Source of the DNA: an uncultured Candidatus Actinomarina sp.
GTDB lineage: Bacteria; Actinomycetota; Acidimicrobiia; Actinomarinales; Actinomarinaceae
Assembly: GCA_902597375.1 (NCBI GenBank)
Contig: CACJXH010000001.1
Coordinates: 12,195-76,194, forward strand
DNA: 64,000 nt
Direction of reading: 5' to 3'
Within the stretch, counting starts at the first letter, position 1, and the number at the start of each line of letters is the position of its first letter. Shown here piece by piece: positions 1 to 10,391 of this stretch. A program made the translations under genes and the position numbers. The notes under the pieces were generated by a model that was not told the origin of the DNA, searched no databases, and saw nothing but the letters and a program-made list of their open reading frames with translations.

Positions 1-1
1 A

Positions 2-691
2 GATAACGGAAGTAACGGTCTTGGATGGTTTAAAATTGAAAACTCAACAGTATCGGGACCATTATCTAAAATTACAACTGACAAAGAGTATGAAGAAATA
101 CTAAAACTAGGTGATGGAATGCTCTTATTTCAATCTGGAAATATGGAGATATATCAAGTATTAGATATTATTCGTCGAGAAATTTTTACTCCGGTTGATA
201 CTTACAGTTTTACTTGGATTTATGATTTTCCTTATTTTGAAGTTGAAAATGGAGAAATACAACCCTCTCATCATCCTTTCACATCACCAAAAGATACTGA
301 GAATTTTATTGAAGATCCTAATAATGCAACAGCTCTACATTATGATTTAGTTCTTAATGGATCAGAGTTGGGTTCAGGATCACAAAGAATTAATTCTCCA
401 GATATCCAAAGAAAAGTATTAGAAATGTGGGGTCTTTCAGATGATGACATTGAAAATCGTTTTGGATGGTTTATTGAAGCTTTGTCTTATGGAACACCCC
501 AACATGCAGGAATAGCTTTAGGTATAGATAGGATTATTGCTGTAATGCTCAATGTTGATTCAATAAGAGATGTAATACCTTTTCCTAAAACACAATCTGG
601 ACTTGACCCTTTAACAAACGCGCCAACTATTATTGATGAAAATGAATTAGAGGATTATAACCTTAAATACATTGAGGTAGCTGATGAATAG
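2..691 (+). CDS. aspS: Aspartyl-tRNA synthetase, C-terminal part (5' end lies outside the window)
   Basis: Open frame runs from base 2 with no stop. The class II AspRS C-terminal motifs are present (GSELGSGSQRI, GTPQHAGIALGIDRII). It ends 8 nt inside the alaS start. Confidence 0.8.
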   Translation, partial: DNGSNGLGWFKIENSTVSGPLSKITTDKEYEEILKLGDGMLLFQSGNMEIYQVLDIIRREIFTPVDTYSFTWIYDFPYFEVENGEIQPSHHPFTSPKDTENFIEDPNNATALHYDLVLNGSELGSGSQRINSPDIQRKVLEMWGLSDDDIENRFGWFIEALSYGTPQHAGIALGIDRIIAVMLNVDSIRDVIPFPKTQSGLDPLTNAPTIIDENELEDYNLKYIEVADE

Positions 692-3218
692 TAATGAAAT
701 AAGAGAAGAGTTTTTAAAATTCTTTGAACAAAATAATCACAAGATTATGCCATCAGCGTCATTGATACCTATAGACGAAACCTTACTATTTACTGCCGCT
801 GGAATGGTTCCATTTAAAGATTATTTTCTAGGTAACAATAAACCGCCACATACAAATCTTGTTTCATCACAAAAATGCATAAGAACAGTTGATATTGATA
901 TTATCGGTGACACAGATCGTCATCTTACTTTTTTTGAAATGCTTGGAAATTTTAGTATTGGAGAATATTTTAAAGAACAAGCTATAAAACATGCATATGA
1001 ATTTATAACCAAAAATTTAGGAATTAATCCAGATGATCTATGGTTTACAGTCTATAAAGATGACGACGAATCATTCAATATTTGGAAAGACGTAATAGGT
1101 GTTCCTGAAGAAAGAATACAGAGAGGTGATAAAGACAATTTTTGGCAAATGAATATCCCTGGACCTTGTGGACCGTGCTCTGAAATATTTATAGATAGAG
1201 GACCAGACTATGGAGAAGAAGGCGGTCCAATTGGTGGTGGGGAAGATAGATTCATAGAAATTTGGAACTTAGTTTTTATGGAATCAATACAAGACGAACC
1301 TTACAATGTCGTAGGTGAATTACCTGCAAAAAATATTGATACAGGTATGGGACTTGAGCGTATTGCTATGGTTCTTCAAGATAAAAAGTCACCATTTGAA
1401 ATAGATACATTTGAATCAATTTATGATCAATTAAAGCCAAAAATTAAAACTCCGAATAAAAAATACGAAAGAATCATATTGGATCATATGAAAGCATCAA
1501 CGTTTATGATTTCAGATGGTGTTGTACCAACAAACGAGGGTAGAGGATACATTTTAAGAAGGCTAATTAGAAGAGCAATCAGAGCATATTATGGTTTAAC
1601 AAATGAAATAGATTCTATTGAATTTCTAATATCTCCAATTGTTGAAATTTACAAAGATCACTATCCAGACCTTTATAAGAATATTGATAAAATTAAGAAA
1701 CTTTATACTACTGAAGAAAATCTCTTTCACAAGACACTAGAAAAAGGCACAGTTGAAATAAATAGGCTTATACAAGATAAAGAAAAATTTGATGAGGAAA
1801 AAGCATTTTATCTTTTTGAAACTTTCGGTTTTCCATATGAACTTACAAAAGAGATTGCATTTGAAAATAATATTCAATTAAATGATGATAAGTATATGAA
1901 GAAGTTTCAAGAACATCAGGCTAAATCTAGTGCATTTAAGAAAGAGATATCAAATATAAGTGAATTTGATGTAGATTGCAACGTATTTACGGGTTATGAA
2001 AATACAAACACCATAAGTGAAGTAACACTAGTCCTGAATGAAAATAGTACAACAACAATATTTACAGAAGCTACGCCATTTTATTATGAAGCTGGAGGTC
2101 AAATATCTGACCAAGGCTCAATAATATTTGAAGATAAAGAATATACGGTAGCTGATGTCGTTCAATCTAGCTCTGGTGCTACTGGCTTAGTAATAAATGA
2201 AGATATAAAAATTCAAACAGGAGAAAAAATTGAATCTAAAGTAAACGAATCATTTAGAAGATCTGTATCTAAAAGTCATACATCTGCACATATAGTTCAC
2301 TCATCTTTAAGAAAGATACTTGGTGATCATGTTGCTCAAGCAGGGTCATATGTTGCTCCTGGAAGATTTAGATTTGACTTTAGTCATTCAGAAAAAGTCA
2401 CACAGGAAGAACTTAATGAAATCTTCACATTAAGTAATAAAAATGTCTTTTCAGATTTAAAAGTAGATACAAAAATAATGAATATTGACGAAGCAAAAAA
2501 AGAAGGTGCATTGGCATTTTTTGGTGATAAATATGATGACGATGTAAGAGTAGTAAATATTGGGAATTTCTCTAAAGAACTTTGCGGTGGTACTCATGTA
2601 TCTAATTCAAATGAAATAGGATTAATAGTTTTATTAAATGAGTCTTCAATTGGCTCAAATCTAAGAAGAGTAGAGATGCTTTCAGGATTTGAAGCTTATG
2701 ATTTTATGACTAATGCTTACAATTCATATAAAAGTGTAAGCAATCTTTTAAATACAAATATAGAAAATGTACCTACAAAACTCGAATCTTTATTTAATTC
2801 ATATGAGGAACTTAAATCACAGGTTGATCAATTTAAACAAATTAGAAACAACGAAATGGTTGATCAGATATCAAATAAATTTGAAAATGTTGGTGATTAT
2901 AAAGTATTCATAAATCAAGTTTCAATGGATACAGTTGATGATATAAGAAATGTAGCTATTAATTCGATCAATAATGGAGTTGTTGATTACATATATTTAA
3001 TTTCACAAATAGAGTCAAAATTTGTCATAGTTGCTATGAAAAATGAGAAAGTTATAAAAGATATGAATGTATCTGAACTTGTGATAGAAACTTCAAAAAA
3101 TTTTGGTGGGGGAGCATCAAAAGATCAGGTTTTATCAATTGGTGGGGGTCCTAATGATTACTCAATAGATGAAACCCTAAAATATGTTAAAGAATCTATT
3201 GTTAACAATATCAAGTGA
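684..3218 (+). CDS. alaS: Alanyl-tRNA synthetase
   Basis: 844 aa. The N-terminal catalytic core (FTAAGMVPFK, GNFSIGEYFK, WNLVFME) and the editing-domain HxxxH region (HTSAHIVH) are typical of AlaRS. Confidence 0.9.
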   Translation: MNSNEIREEFLKFFEQNNHKIMPSASLIPIDETLLFTAAGMVPFKDYFLGNNKPPHTNLVSSQKCIRTVDIDIIGDTDRHLTFFEMLGNFSIGEYFKEQAIKHAYEFITKNLGINPDDLWFTVYKDDDESFNIWKDVIGVPEERIQRGDKDNFWQMNIPGPCGPCSEIFIDRGPDYGEEGGPIGGGEDRFIEIWNLVFMESIQDEPYNVVGELPAKNIDTGMGLERIAMVLQDKKSPFEIDTFESIYDQLKPKIKTPNKKYERIILDHMKASTFMISDGVVPTNEGRGYILRRLIRRAIRAYYGLTNEIDSIEFLISPIVEIYKDHYPDLYKNIDKIKKLYTTEENLFHKTLEKGTVEINRLIQDKEKFDEEKAFYLFETFGFPYELTKEIAFENNIQLNDDKYMKKFQEHQAKSSAFKKEISNISEFDVDCNVFTGYENTNTISEVTLVLNENSTTTIFTEATPFYYEAGGQISDQGSIIFEDKEYTVADVVQSSSGATGLVINEDIKIQTGEKIESKVNESFRRSVSKSHTSAHIVHSSLRKILGDHVAQAGSYVAPGRFRFDFSHSEKVTQEELNEIFTLSNKNVFSDLKVDTKIMNIDEAKKEGALAFFGDKYDDDVRVVNIGNFSKELCGGTHVSNSNEIGLIVLLNESSIGSNLRRVEMLSGFEAYDFMTNAYNSYKSVSNLLNTNIENVPTKLESLFNSYEELKSQVDQFKQIRNNEMVDQISNKFENVGDYKVFINQVSMDTVDDIRNVAINSINNGVVDYIYLISQIESKFVIVAMKNEKVIKDMNVSELVIETSKNFGGGASKDQVLSIGGGPNDYSIDETLKYVKESIVNNIK

Positions 3219-3592
3219 AAAACATAATAGCTATAGATTATGGTGAACGTTACGTTGGTCTTGCATTAAAAAAGCAATCAATAAATTCGGCTTATGCATA
3301 TAAAGTCCTGGATAGTAGATCTTTGGATGTTTTAGATGAAATTAAACAATCATTAATCGATCACGAAATAGATGAGATTGTAATTGGTTATCCAATAGGA
3401 CTAAATTCTCATCAAACACGTATGAGTAATGTGGTAGATGAATTTATTGAAAATGACCTAAAATCTATAACAACTATTCCAATACATAAAGTTGATGAAC
3501 GAATGACTTCAAAGTTAACAAATGATAAAACAATAAGAAATGACGACTTAGCGGCATTAGAAATACTAAATTCACATTTAAAAAATGATTAA
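3215..3592 (+). CDS. ruvX: Putative pre-16S rRNA nuclease / Holliday junction resolvase-like YqgF/RuvX
   Basis: 125 aa with N-terminal IAIDYGERYVGLAL (RNase H-like YqgF signature). Its conserved position after alaS and its 4-nt overlap with alaS support the call. Confidence 0.8.
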   Translation: MKNIIAIDYGERYVGLALKKQSINSAYAYKVLDSRSLDVLDEIKQSLIDHEIDEIVIGYPIGLNSHQTRMSNVVDEFIENDLKSITTIPIHKVDERMTSKLTNDKTIRNDDLAALEILNSHLKND

Positions 3593-4658
3593 TTATTACT
3601 TTAAAAATCGACTTGTAATATCTGTTTTATTTACAATATTTGCTGTATTTATTGCAATTAATTTTGCTTCAAATATTGCTTCATCAATAGACCAAACAGC
3701 AAGTATCGTTTCAAATAATGACGATATAGAAGAATCAATAATTTTAATAAATATTCCACAAGGTGCCTCAGCGGCACAGATTTCATCAATACTCGCACAA
3801 GAAGGAATTATATCGTCTTCATTAGCTTTTGAAATATATCTAAGGAATGAGAATCTTGGTGACAAATTACGAGCTGGAGAATATGAAATTTCAAATAAAT
3901 TAGAGTTCGAAGAGATAAGTAATATTTTATTAAAGGGACCACCATTAAAAACTTACACAATTACTATTCCGGAAGGACTTTGGATAACTGAGACAATAGA
4001 ATCTATCTCTTCTCAAACTGGTTACGATGTAGATCTACTTACGAATTCACTTTTATCTGGAAATGTAGAAAGTAAATATGTTTATTTAGGTGATGTTTCA
4101 AAGTTACAAAATTGGGAAGGTCTTCTATATCCAAACACTTATCAAATAGCTTTAGATGCATCTGGTGAAGAAATTCTACAAATTTTAGTTAATGAACTCG
4201 AAGCCGTAATAGATAGATTGCTTGTTACCTATTCAACACCTAATTGGATAAATTCTACGAGTGAACTTTTTGCAGTCGCTAGTCTTGTTGAAGCTGAATC
4301 GAAACTAGAAGAAGATAGACCACTTGTTTCGTCTGTAATAAAAAACAGATTGTATGATGATATGTTACTTCAAATTGATGCGATGATACTTTATGCTCTG
4401 CAAGAGCGTAAATCTCAAGTATTACTTATCGATTTACAAGTAGAATCACCATATAATTCTTATAAATATACCGGTTTACCACCGACACCTATATCTGGTT
4501 TTGGCGAGCGATCATTAATTGCTGTATTTGAAACACCTGAGACTGATTTTATATACTATTTACTAACAGATAAAAATGGAAAAATGTCATTTACAAATGA
4601 TTACACAGACTTTATTAATATGAAAAATAAAGCAAAAGAGGAAGGTGTAATTCCCTAA
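3585..4658 (+). CDS. mltG: Endolytic murein transglycosylase MltG (YceG-like)
   Basis: 357 aa with an N-terminal TM anchor and a YceG domain (LRAGEY, LLYPNTY motifs). The order alaS-ruvX-mltG is conserved in Actinobacteria. Confidence 0.8.
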   Translation: MINYYFKNRLVISVLFTIFAVFIAINFASNIASSIDQTASIVSNNDDIEESIILINIPQGASAAQISSILAQEGIISSSLAFEIYLRNENLGDKLRAGEYEISNKLEFEEISNILLKGPPLKTYTITIPEGLWITETIESISSQTGYDVDLLTNSLLSGNVESKYVYLGDVSKLQNWEGLLYPNTYQIALDASGEEILQILVNELEAVIDRLLVTYSTPNWINSTSELFAVASLVEAESKLEEDRPLVSSVIKNRLYDDMLLQIDAMILYALQERKSQVLLIDLQVESPYNSYKYTGLPPTPISGFGERSLIAVFETPETDFIYYLLTDKNGKMSFTNDYTDFINMKNKAKEEGVIP

Positions 4659-5215
4659 TGGTGTCTACCAATGATATGAGGCCAGGACAGTCTATATTGG
4701 TTGATGGAACTATTTATCAGATAATGGATTATGCCCATGTTAAGCCCGGAAAAGGAAAAGCTTTTGTTAAAACAAAGCTCAAAAATCTTATTGATGGTGG
4801 AATTATAGAAAAAACTTTTAGAGCTGATGAAAATGTTGATCAAGCTTTTATTGAAAAACAAGAATTTCAATATTTATATAATGAATCTGGAAATTTCATA
4901 TTTATGAATACAGAGAATTATGAGCAAGTATCATTAGATGCAAATCTAATTGCAGAAATAGAACTTTTATTAATACCAAATAGCGAAGTCACTATACAAA
5001 TGTATGAGAATAAACCATTAAATGTACTATTACCTTCTAGTGTTGAATTAAAAGTAACGAAAGCAGAACCAGCTGTTAAGGGGGATACTGTAACATCGTC
5101 TACTAAAACAGTCACTTGTGAAACTGGTTTAGAGGTGGTTGTTCCTATGTTTATTGAAGAAGGTGAAATAATTAAAATTGACACTAAAGATAACTCATAC
5201 ATGACAAGGGTTTAA
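4658..5215 (+). CDS. efp: Elongation factor P
   Basis: 185 aa. It has the KPGKG loop (VKPGKGKAFVKTKLKN) and the usual EF-P three-domain length. The start overlaps the mltG stop (TAATG). Confidence 0.9.
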   Translation: MVSTNDMRPGQSILVDGTIYQIMDYAHVKPGKGKAFVKTKLKNLIDGGIIEKTFRADENVDQAFIEKQEFQYLYNESGNFIFMNTENYEQVSLDANLIAEIELLLIPNSEVTIQMYENKPLNVLLPSSVELKVTKAEPAVKGDTVTSSTKTVTCETGLEVVVPMFIEEGEIIKIDTKDNSYMTRV

Positions 5216-5589
5216 TGAAAGATTTTAGACAAATAACATTTGAAACATTATTTGAAGAAGGCTTAACAAGCTTAAAGGAAAAAGATTTTAATGTATCTTC
5301 ATTAAGTGAAAATCAGAATCTAAGAGCAAACCAATTATTTAATAATACAAAAATTAACAGTGAGAGAATTGAAAATTCAATCCGAACTTATTCTGATAAT
5401 TGGAGTTATGAAAGAATAGGTAAAGTAGAATTAATTACTTTAACATTGGGTATTTCAGAATTAATTATGGATTTATCACCTACAAAAGTTATTATCTCAG
5501 AATGGGTAAAGCTTGCGGATAAACATTCCTCTTCACAGTCAGCAAAATTTGTAAACGGAATACTTGATAAATTATCTCAGGAGATTTAA
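5215..5589 (+). CDS. nusB: Transcription antitermination factor NusB
   Basis: 124 aa helical protein directly after efp; efp-nusB pairing is conserved in Actinobacteria. The NusB family call rests on length and context. Confidence 0.75.
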   Translation: MKDFRQITFETLFEEGLTSLKEKDFNVSSLSENQNLRANQLFNNTKINSERIENSIRTYSDNWSYERIGKVELITLTLGISELIMDLSPTKVIISEWVKLADKHSSSQSAKFVNGILDKLSQEI

Positions 5590-5870
5590 TGAGTGACTCA
5601 TATATTTTAGAGATTAAAAATAAAAGAAAAGATTTTATCAACTCATTTGAAAAAAATATTGAGAACATAGATAATGAACTTATTAGAGCTAGTAACGACA
5701 ATCAATTAAATTCAATAAGAATACATAAATATCTGACAGAAACTGGTGTTCTTGGAAAAGTTAAAACTGCTCGTTTTTTAGATGATATAGGACTTAATGA
5801 AAAATCAAAATTATCTGACTTAAACGATAATTACATTGAATCAATTTCTAACTATGTGAAAAACTCATGA
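5589..5870 (+). CDS. mihF: Putative integration host factor mIHF-like DNA-binding protein
   Basis: 93 aa. The segment LTETGVLGKVKTARFLDDIGLNEKSKLSDL resembles mycobacterial mIHF (PKVGKVKAQEIMTELEI...). It sits immediately upstream of gmk-rpoZ-coaBC, as mihF does in Mycobacterium. Confidence 0.5.
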   Translation: MSDSYILEIKNKRKDFINSFEKNIENIDNELIRASNDNQLNSIRIHKYLTETGVLGKVKTARFLDDIGLNEKSKLSDLNDNYIESISNYVKNS

Positions 5871-6397
5871 TTATTATTTTCAGTGGGCCCTCTGGTGTCG
5901 GTAAATCAACAATTATTAACAATTTATCAAATGATTTTAATTTTTATTTTTCTACCTCACATACAACAAGACCTAGAAGGGAATCAGAGATAGAGGGTAA
6001 GGATTATTATTTTATATCTGAAGACGAATTTAATTCAATGATAACTAATGATGAATTTTTAGAATATGAAAGATACGGTAGCTATTATTACGGAACTTCA
6101 AAAAAAGAGTTAGATCGAGATGATTTTATTATCCTCGATCTCGAAGTAAACGGTGCAACAAAATTATTAACATCAAATGATTCATATATAGGAATTTTCA
6201 TTGATATTGATGACAATGTTTTGATTGAAAGATTAAATGAACGAGGTCATGATGACCAGTTTATAGAAGAAAGAATGAATTTAGCTAAAGAACAACGCCA
6301 ATTTATGGCCAACTTTGACTATATAATTAAAAATATAGATTTAAAGGCTACTATTAAAGAAATATTAGATATATTATATGACCTGGAGAAAAAATGA
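5867..6397 (+). CDS. gmk: Guanylate kinase
   Basis: 176 aa with P-loop IIIFSGPSGVGKSTII and a GMP-binding region (YFSTSHTTRPRRESEIEGKDYYF). Confidence 0.9.
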   Translation: MIIIFSGPSGVGKSTIINNLSNDFNFYFSTSHTTRPRRESEIEGKDYYFISEDEFNSMITNDEFLEYERYGSYYYGTSKKELDRDDFIILDLEVNGATKLLTSNDSYIGIFIDIDDNVLIERLNERGHDDQFIEERMNLAKEQRQFMANFDYIIKNIDLKATIKEILDILYDLEKK

Positions 6398-6621
6398 TAA
6401 AACCACCTATTGAAGAACTTTTAGAAAATTCACCTGGCAGATTTGCACTTGTTATAACATCAGCAAGAAGAGCTAAAGATATAAACTCATACTTTAACCA
6501 ATTAGGTGAAGGTATTGGAGCATATACACCACCTCAAGTACAAAGTCTTAGTAGAAAACCACTTACCGTTGCTTTTGAAGAGATTGCATCTGGAAAAGTA
6601 GAGGTTAGCGAAAAAGAATAA
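6394..6621 (+). CDS. rpoZ: DNA-directed RNA polymerase subunit omega
   Basis: 75 aa. N-terminal PIEELLENSPGRFALVITSARRAKDIN matches the RpoZ family. The gmk-rpoZ-coaBC context supports it. Confidence 0.75.
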   Translation: MIKPPIEELLENSPGRFALVITSARRAKDINSYFNQLGEGIGAYTPPQVQSLSRKPLTVAFEEIASGKVEVSEKE

Positions 6622-6625
6622 CCCC

Positions 6626-7738
6626 ATGAGCAAAAAAATACTACTTGGTATTACTGGTAGTATTGCTGCTTCAAAATCCGAAAACCTACATTCGTTACTC
6701 TCAGAAAATAACGAAACTGTAGTCTTTTCAACCGATGAAGGATTGAAGTATATTTCAGAGGAATTTCAAAACAAAAATGATATCTTTCATAGTTGGGATC
6801 AATTAGATGGATCACCTCATATAGAATATGCAAGATGGGCTGATAGTATTGTTATATATCCAGCAACAGCAAATTTTATAAGTAAATTTGCAAATGGTTT
6901 GGCTGACAATTTATTACTTTCTACTTTATTAATGTTTGATAAAGAAATTTATGTTGCTCCTGCAATGCATGAAGAAATGTTTATGGACAATAAAATACAG
7001 TCAAACATCATTGATTTAAGCGACAATGTAATATTTTGTGGTCCCAGATATGGAAACCTTGATGTTGGAGATAAAGGTTTAGGTAGGCTTATCGAGCCAA
7101 TAGAAATGTATGATATTTTATTTAATAAAAAAGAAAAGGTTATCGTTACATCAGGTCCAACTTCTGAATATCTTGATGATGTTAGAACAATAACAAACAA
7201 ATCTTCTGGAAAGCAAGGAAGGGCAGTTGCTATAGAATTAATGAGTCTAGGATATGATGTTGTTTACATACATTCGAAAACAATATCTCCTGTTGCTGGA
7301 GCTAAAAATATTTCATTTGATACTTCAAAGGAATTACAGGAAGCGATGAATATTGAAGCAAATAGTACAAAGCATTTGTACATGGTTGCTGCTGTTTCTG
7401 ATTTTATACCTGAAAAAGTAGAAGGAAAAATGAAAAGAACTGAAGGCAATATGACATTAAATCTGTCACCAAACGTTGATATAGTGAAAGAGTACAAAGA
7501 AAAATATAAAATGATAAATGTAATAAGTTTTTCAGCTCAAACTAATGATGACCTTAATTTTGAAAAGATTAATGAAAAAAATTCTGATTTTTTAGTTATA
7601 AATAATATAAATGATAATTCATTTGGTTCAGAGACTAACAAAGTAACTATTATTAATAAAAAAGACAAAGTGTTTGAATCAGAAGAAAAAAATAAACATA
7701 TCATTGCACAAGAGATCATTGAAAATACTTTGATTTAA
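6626..7738 (+). CDS. coaBC: Bifunctional phosphopantothenoylcysteine decarboxylase / phosphopantothenate-cysteine ligase
   Basis: 370 aa. An N-terminal flavoprotein domain (GITGSIAA, PAMHEEMF) is followed by a CoaB ligase domain (VTSGPTSEYLDDVRTITNKSSGK). Confidence 0.85.
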   Translation: MSKKILLGITGSIAASKSENLHSLLSENNETVVFSTDEGLKYISEEFQNKNDIFHSWDQLDGSPHIEYARWADSIVIYPATANFISKFANGLADNLLLSTLLMFDKEIYVAPAMHEEMFMDNKIQSNIIDLSDNVIFCGPRYGNLDVGDKGLGRLIEPIEMYDILFNKKEKVIVTSGPTSEYLDDVRTITNKSSGKQGRAVAIELMSLGYDVVYIHSKTISPVAGAKNISFDTSKELQEAMNIEANSTKHLYMVAAVSDFIPEKVEGKMKRTEGNMTLNLSPNVDIVKEYKEKYKMINVISFSAQTNDDLNFEKINEKNSDFLVINNINDNSFGSETNKVTIINKKDKVFESEEKNKHIIAQEIIENTLI

Positions 7739-7739
7739 A

Positions 7740-9095
7740 TTGTTTGCTGATGTAGAAATAATCTCAAATAACACATATAAGTTTCAACTTTTTACTTATT
7801 CAGTGCCTAAAAATCTATCTAATAAAATTGATATTGGTTCACTAGTTTCTGTGAATTTTAGAAATAGAAAGAAAACTGCCGTTGTTGTAAATATACATAA
7901 TAAAGATTTAAAAATTAAAAATTTAAAACCTGTTGAAAAAATTATAGGTAAGTTAAGTCAAGATCAGTTACTTTTTTTAAAACACGTTGCAGTTTCTTAT
8001 TATTTAAATATTGGTTTTTTAATATTCAATCTATATAAGGATATGAATTTTAAATTAGATAGAAAGATTAAAAAAAGTTCATTAAGTATTTATAACAATA
8101 CAGAAATAGAAAAAGTGTTATCTACTAAATCTAAAAATATAATCTTTACTCCTTCTTTAAAAGCAACTAAAAATTTGTATACATATCTGACAAAAAAAGG
8201 AATAAAAATAAATTTTTATCAAAAAACTGGTGGTAAAGTTGAAATCCAAAACGCATTAAATACAGTTAATAAATTTAACAATTGCATACTACTAGCGAAT
8301 AATTTTATGAAAATAAAGGCACATGCAACTTCTAATTACCATTTTTTTGATACCAATGATTACTCTTACAATTTACCAAAATTTAATTCTCTAAATATTA
8401 TTGAATTATCAGTACTTAAAAATAAGTACTTTGGAGGAAATTATCATTATTACAATGAGTATCCATCTCTAAATTACTTCAATAAAATTGAAAATTATAA
8501 AACACCTGATCTTAGTAATGTAGAAATTTATCATGGAAACTCTTTACAAGATTGTATTGAATTGTTTAAAACAAAGCATACTGATAAAAATTTAAAATTA
8601 TTTTTTCACGACGAGATTTTAAATGAATTACTAAATGATTACAAAACTGTAAAAAGTGAGAATGATTTATACGATTTAAATTTATTAGTAAACCCAACAA
8701 TATCTTTTAAAGGTAAATTGAATTCTGAGCGTTTAATTTTTCTGTTACGACAAATAGAAAGATCAAAACGAAATAATAGTACAACGATCATACTTACAAC
8801 CAAAAATATAAACTTAAAAGAATCTTTAAAGAACTCAAATATTACAAAATGGAGCAAAGAAGAGCTAATATCTAGAAATAAATGGGGACCAAACCTTAAT
8901 CATAAAGTTTTTAAATTTTCATCTGATTCAATAATTAAATATGAAAATGAATATATTTTAGGACCTAAAAAGGTTGATAATTCATATGAATACGAAATCA
9001 ATATAAATTTATCAAAAGATACTAATTACAATGAAATTACAAATATGTATTCAAAACTACTACAGTATGAGCCTAGAAAAGTTATTTCTATATAA
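7740..9095 (+). CDS. priA: Primosomal protein N' (PriA)-like, degenerate: no intact Walker A/B and no Zn-finger region
   Basis: 451 aa. The N-terminal 3'-DNA-binding domain is conserved (IGSLVSVNFRNRKKTAVVV...KPVEKIIG). Its position after coaBC matches actinobacterial priA. The helicase motif positions are recognisable but substituted (FTPSLKATKN where GSGKT is expected; FDTNDYSYN where DEEHD-SYKQ is expected). Only 2 Cys remain in the protein. Confidence 0.55.
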   Translation: MFADVEIISNNTYKFQLFTYSVPKNLSNKIDIGSLVSVNFRNRKKTAVVVNIHNKDLKIKNLKPVEKIIGKLSQDQLLFLKHVAVSYYLNIGFLIFNLYKDMNFKLDRKIKKSSLSIYNNTEIEKVLSTKSKNIIFTPSLKATKNLYTYLTKKGIKINFYQKTGGKVEIQNALNTVNKFNNCILLANNFMKIKAHATSNYHFFDTNDYSYNLPKFNSLNIIELSVLKNKYFGGNYHYYNEYPSLNYFNKIENYKTPDLSNVEIYHGNSLQDCIELFKTKHTDKNLKLFFHDEILNELLNDYKTVKSENDLYDLNLLVNPTISFKGKLNSERLIFLLRQIERSKRNNSTTIILTTKNINLKESLKNSNITKWSKEELISRNKWGPNLNHKVFKFSSDSIIKYENEYILGPKKVDNSYEYEININLSKDTNYNEITNMYSKLLQYEPRKVISI

Positions 9096-9589
9096 TGAAT
9101 GAAATTGTAACTTTTGGTCACCCATCCCTTAAATCTAAATCAGTAAATATTACTGAATTTGATGAAACACTAAAAAAATTATCAGAAAGAATGATAAAAA
9201 TTATGTATGAGGCACCTGGAGTAGGTCTAGCAGCTCCACAAATTGGTATTAATAAAAATATTTTTGTTTTTGATGCTGGAGAAGGTCCGAACGTAGCAGT
9301 CAATCCAAAGAAAATCGAAGTTGAGGGTTCTGCGGTATTTTTAGAGGGATGTCTTTCATTACCTGGTTATTATTGGGAAATTGAAAGACCAGAATATTCA
9401 AAAATCTACTGTCAAGATATAAACGGTGAAGATATTACATATGAAGGTGAAGATCTTCTGGGTAGAGTTCTCCAACATGAATATGACCATTTAAAAGGCA
9501 AACTCTTACTATCATCTTTATCTAGAAAAGAGAGAAAAGAAGCAATTAAAAAAATTGCACTAAATGGGTTTCCAGGAAATGACTTATAA
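9095..9589 (+). CDS. def: Peptide deformylase
   Basis: 164 aa with all three PDF motifs: GVGLAAPQIG, EGCLSLPG, QHEYDHLKG. Confidence 0.9.
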   Translation: MNEIVTFGHPSLKSKSVNITEFDETLKKLSERMIKIMYEAPGVGLAAPQIGINKNIFVFDAGEGPNVAVNPKKIEVEGSAVFLEGCLSLPGYYWEIERPEYSKIYCQDINGEDITYEGEDLLGRVLQHEYDHLKGKLLLSSLSRKERKEAIKKIALNGFPGNDL

Positions 9590-10391
9590 GTATTTTTTTG
9601 GTAGTGACAATAGGAGTATTCCTTACTTAAATACTTTAATAGAAAATTACGATTCAATAAAAGTCGTGACAACAGAGCCTCGGAATACTGGTCGTGGTAG
9701 GAAGATTTTAAATAATCCGGTTGAAGATTATTGCAGAAGTAATAATGTTGAATATACTTACTTTTCTAATTCAAAATATTATGACGATATGGATTTTGGT
9801 ATCTGCGTAAGTTTTGGTTCTATTTTTTCAAACGATTTTCTAAATAAACATCCTTCAATATTCAATATTCATTTAAGTATATTGCCTAATCTAGTCGGTC
9901 CATCCCCAGTTGAAACAACAATATTAAATGGCGATACACTATTTGGATATACCATTTTTAAGATCATTAATGAAGTCGATAAAGGTCCGATACTTTTTAA
10001 AAATCAAATTGATATTGTTAACAATTATTCATCAAATGTATATGAAGAATTATCTGAAGATTTTAAAATAAACTTTAACAGCATCGACTTTAATTCATCA
10101 TTGAAAGATCAAGTCGGTGAAGTAACTAGAAGTTATAAATTCACCAAAAATGATTATTTAATAAGTAAAGAAGATACACTAATCAATGCAAAAAATAAAA
10201 TAAAAGCTTTTGATGTTTTAGGTCCTGCTTTTATTAAGTACGATTCAAAAATAATTAAAATTCATAAATATACTGAAAATAATTCAAATTTTACATATGA
10301 ATTAAAAGATGGACTCTTATATTTAGATGAAATAACACCTGAAGGGAAAAAAAGAATGAAAGCAAATGATTATATGCGTGGGCTCAAATGA
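9579..10391 (+). CDS. fmt: Methionyl-tRNA formyltransferase
   Basis: Formyltransferase core NIHLSILPNLVGPSP plus the catalytic Asp region (KIINEVDKGPI) are present. It follows def as in the classic def-fmt pair. Start chosen at MTYKYFFGSD (ATG 9579); a longer in-frame ATG exists at 9564. Confidence 0.7.
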   Translation: MTYKYFFGSDNRSIPYLNTLIENYDSIKVVTTEPRNTGRGRKILNNPVEDYCRSNNVEYTYFSNSKYYDDMDFGICVSFGSIFSNDFLNKHPSIFNIHLSILPNLVGPSPVETTILNGDTLFGYTIFKIINEVDKGPILFKNQIDIVNNYSSNVYEELSEDFKINFNSIDFNSSLKDQVGEVTRSYKFTKNDYLISKEDTLINAKNKIKAFDVLGPAFIKYDSKIIKIHKYTENNSNFTYELKDGLLYLDEITPEGKKRMKANDYMRGLK

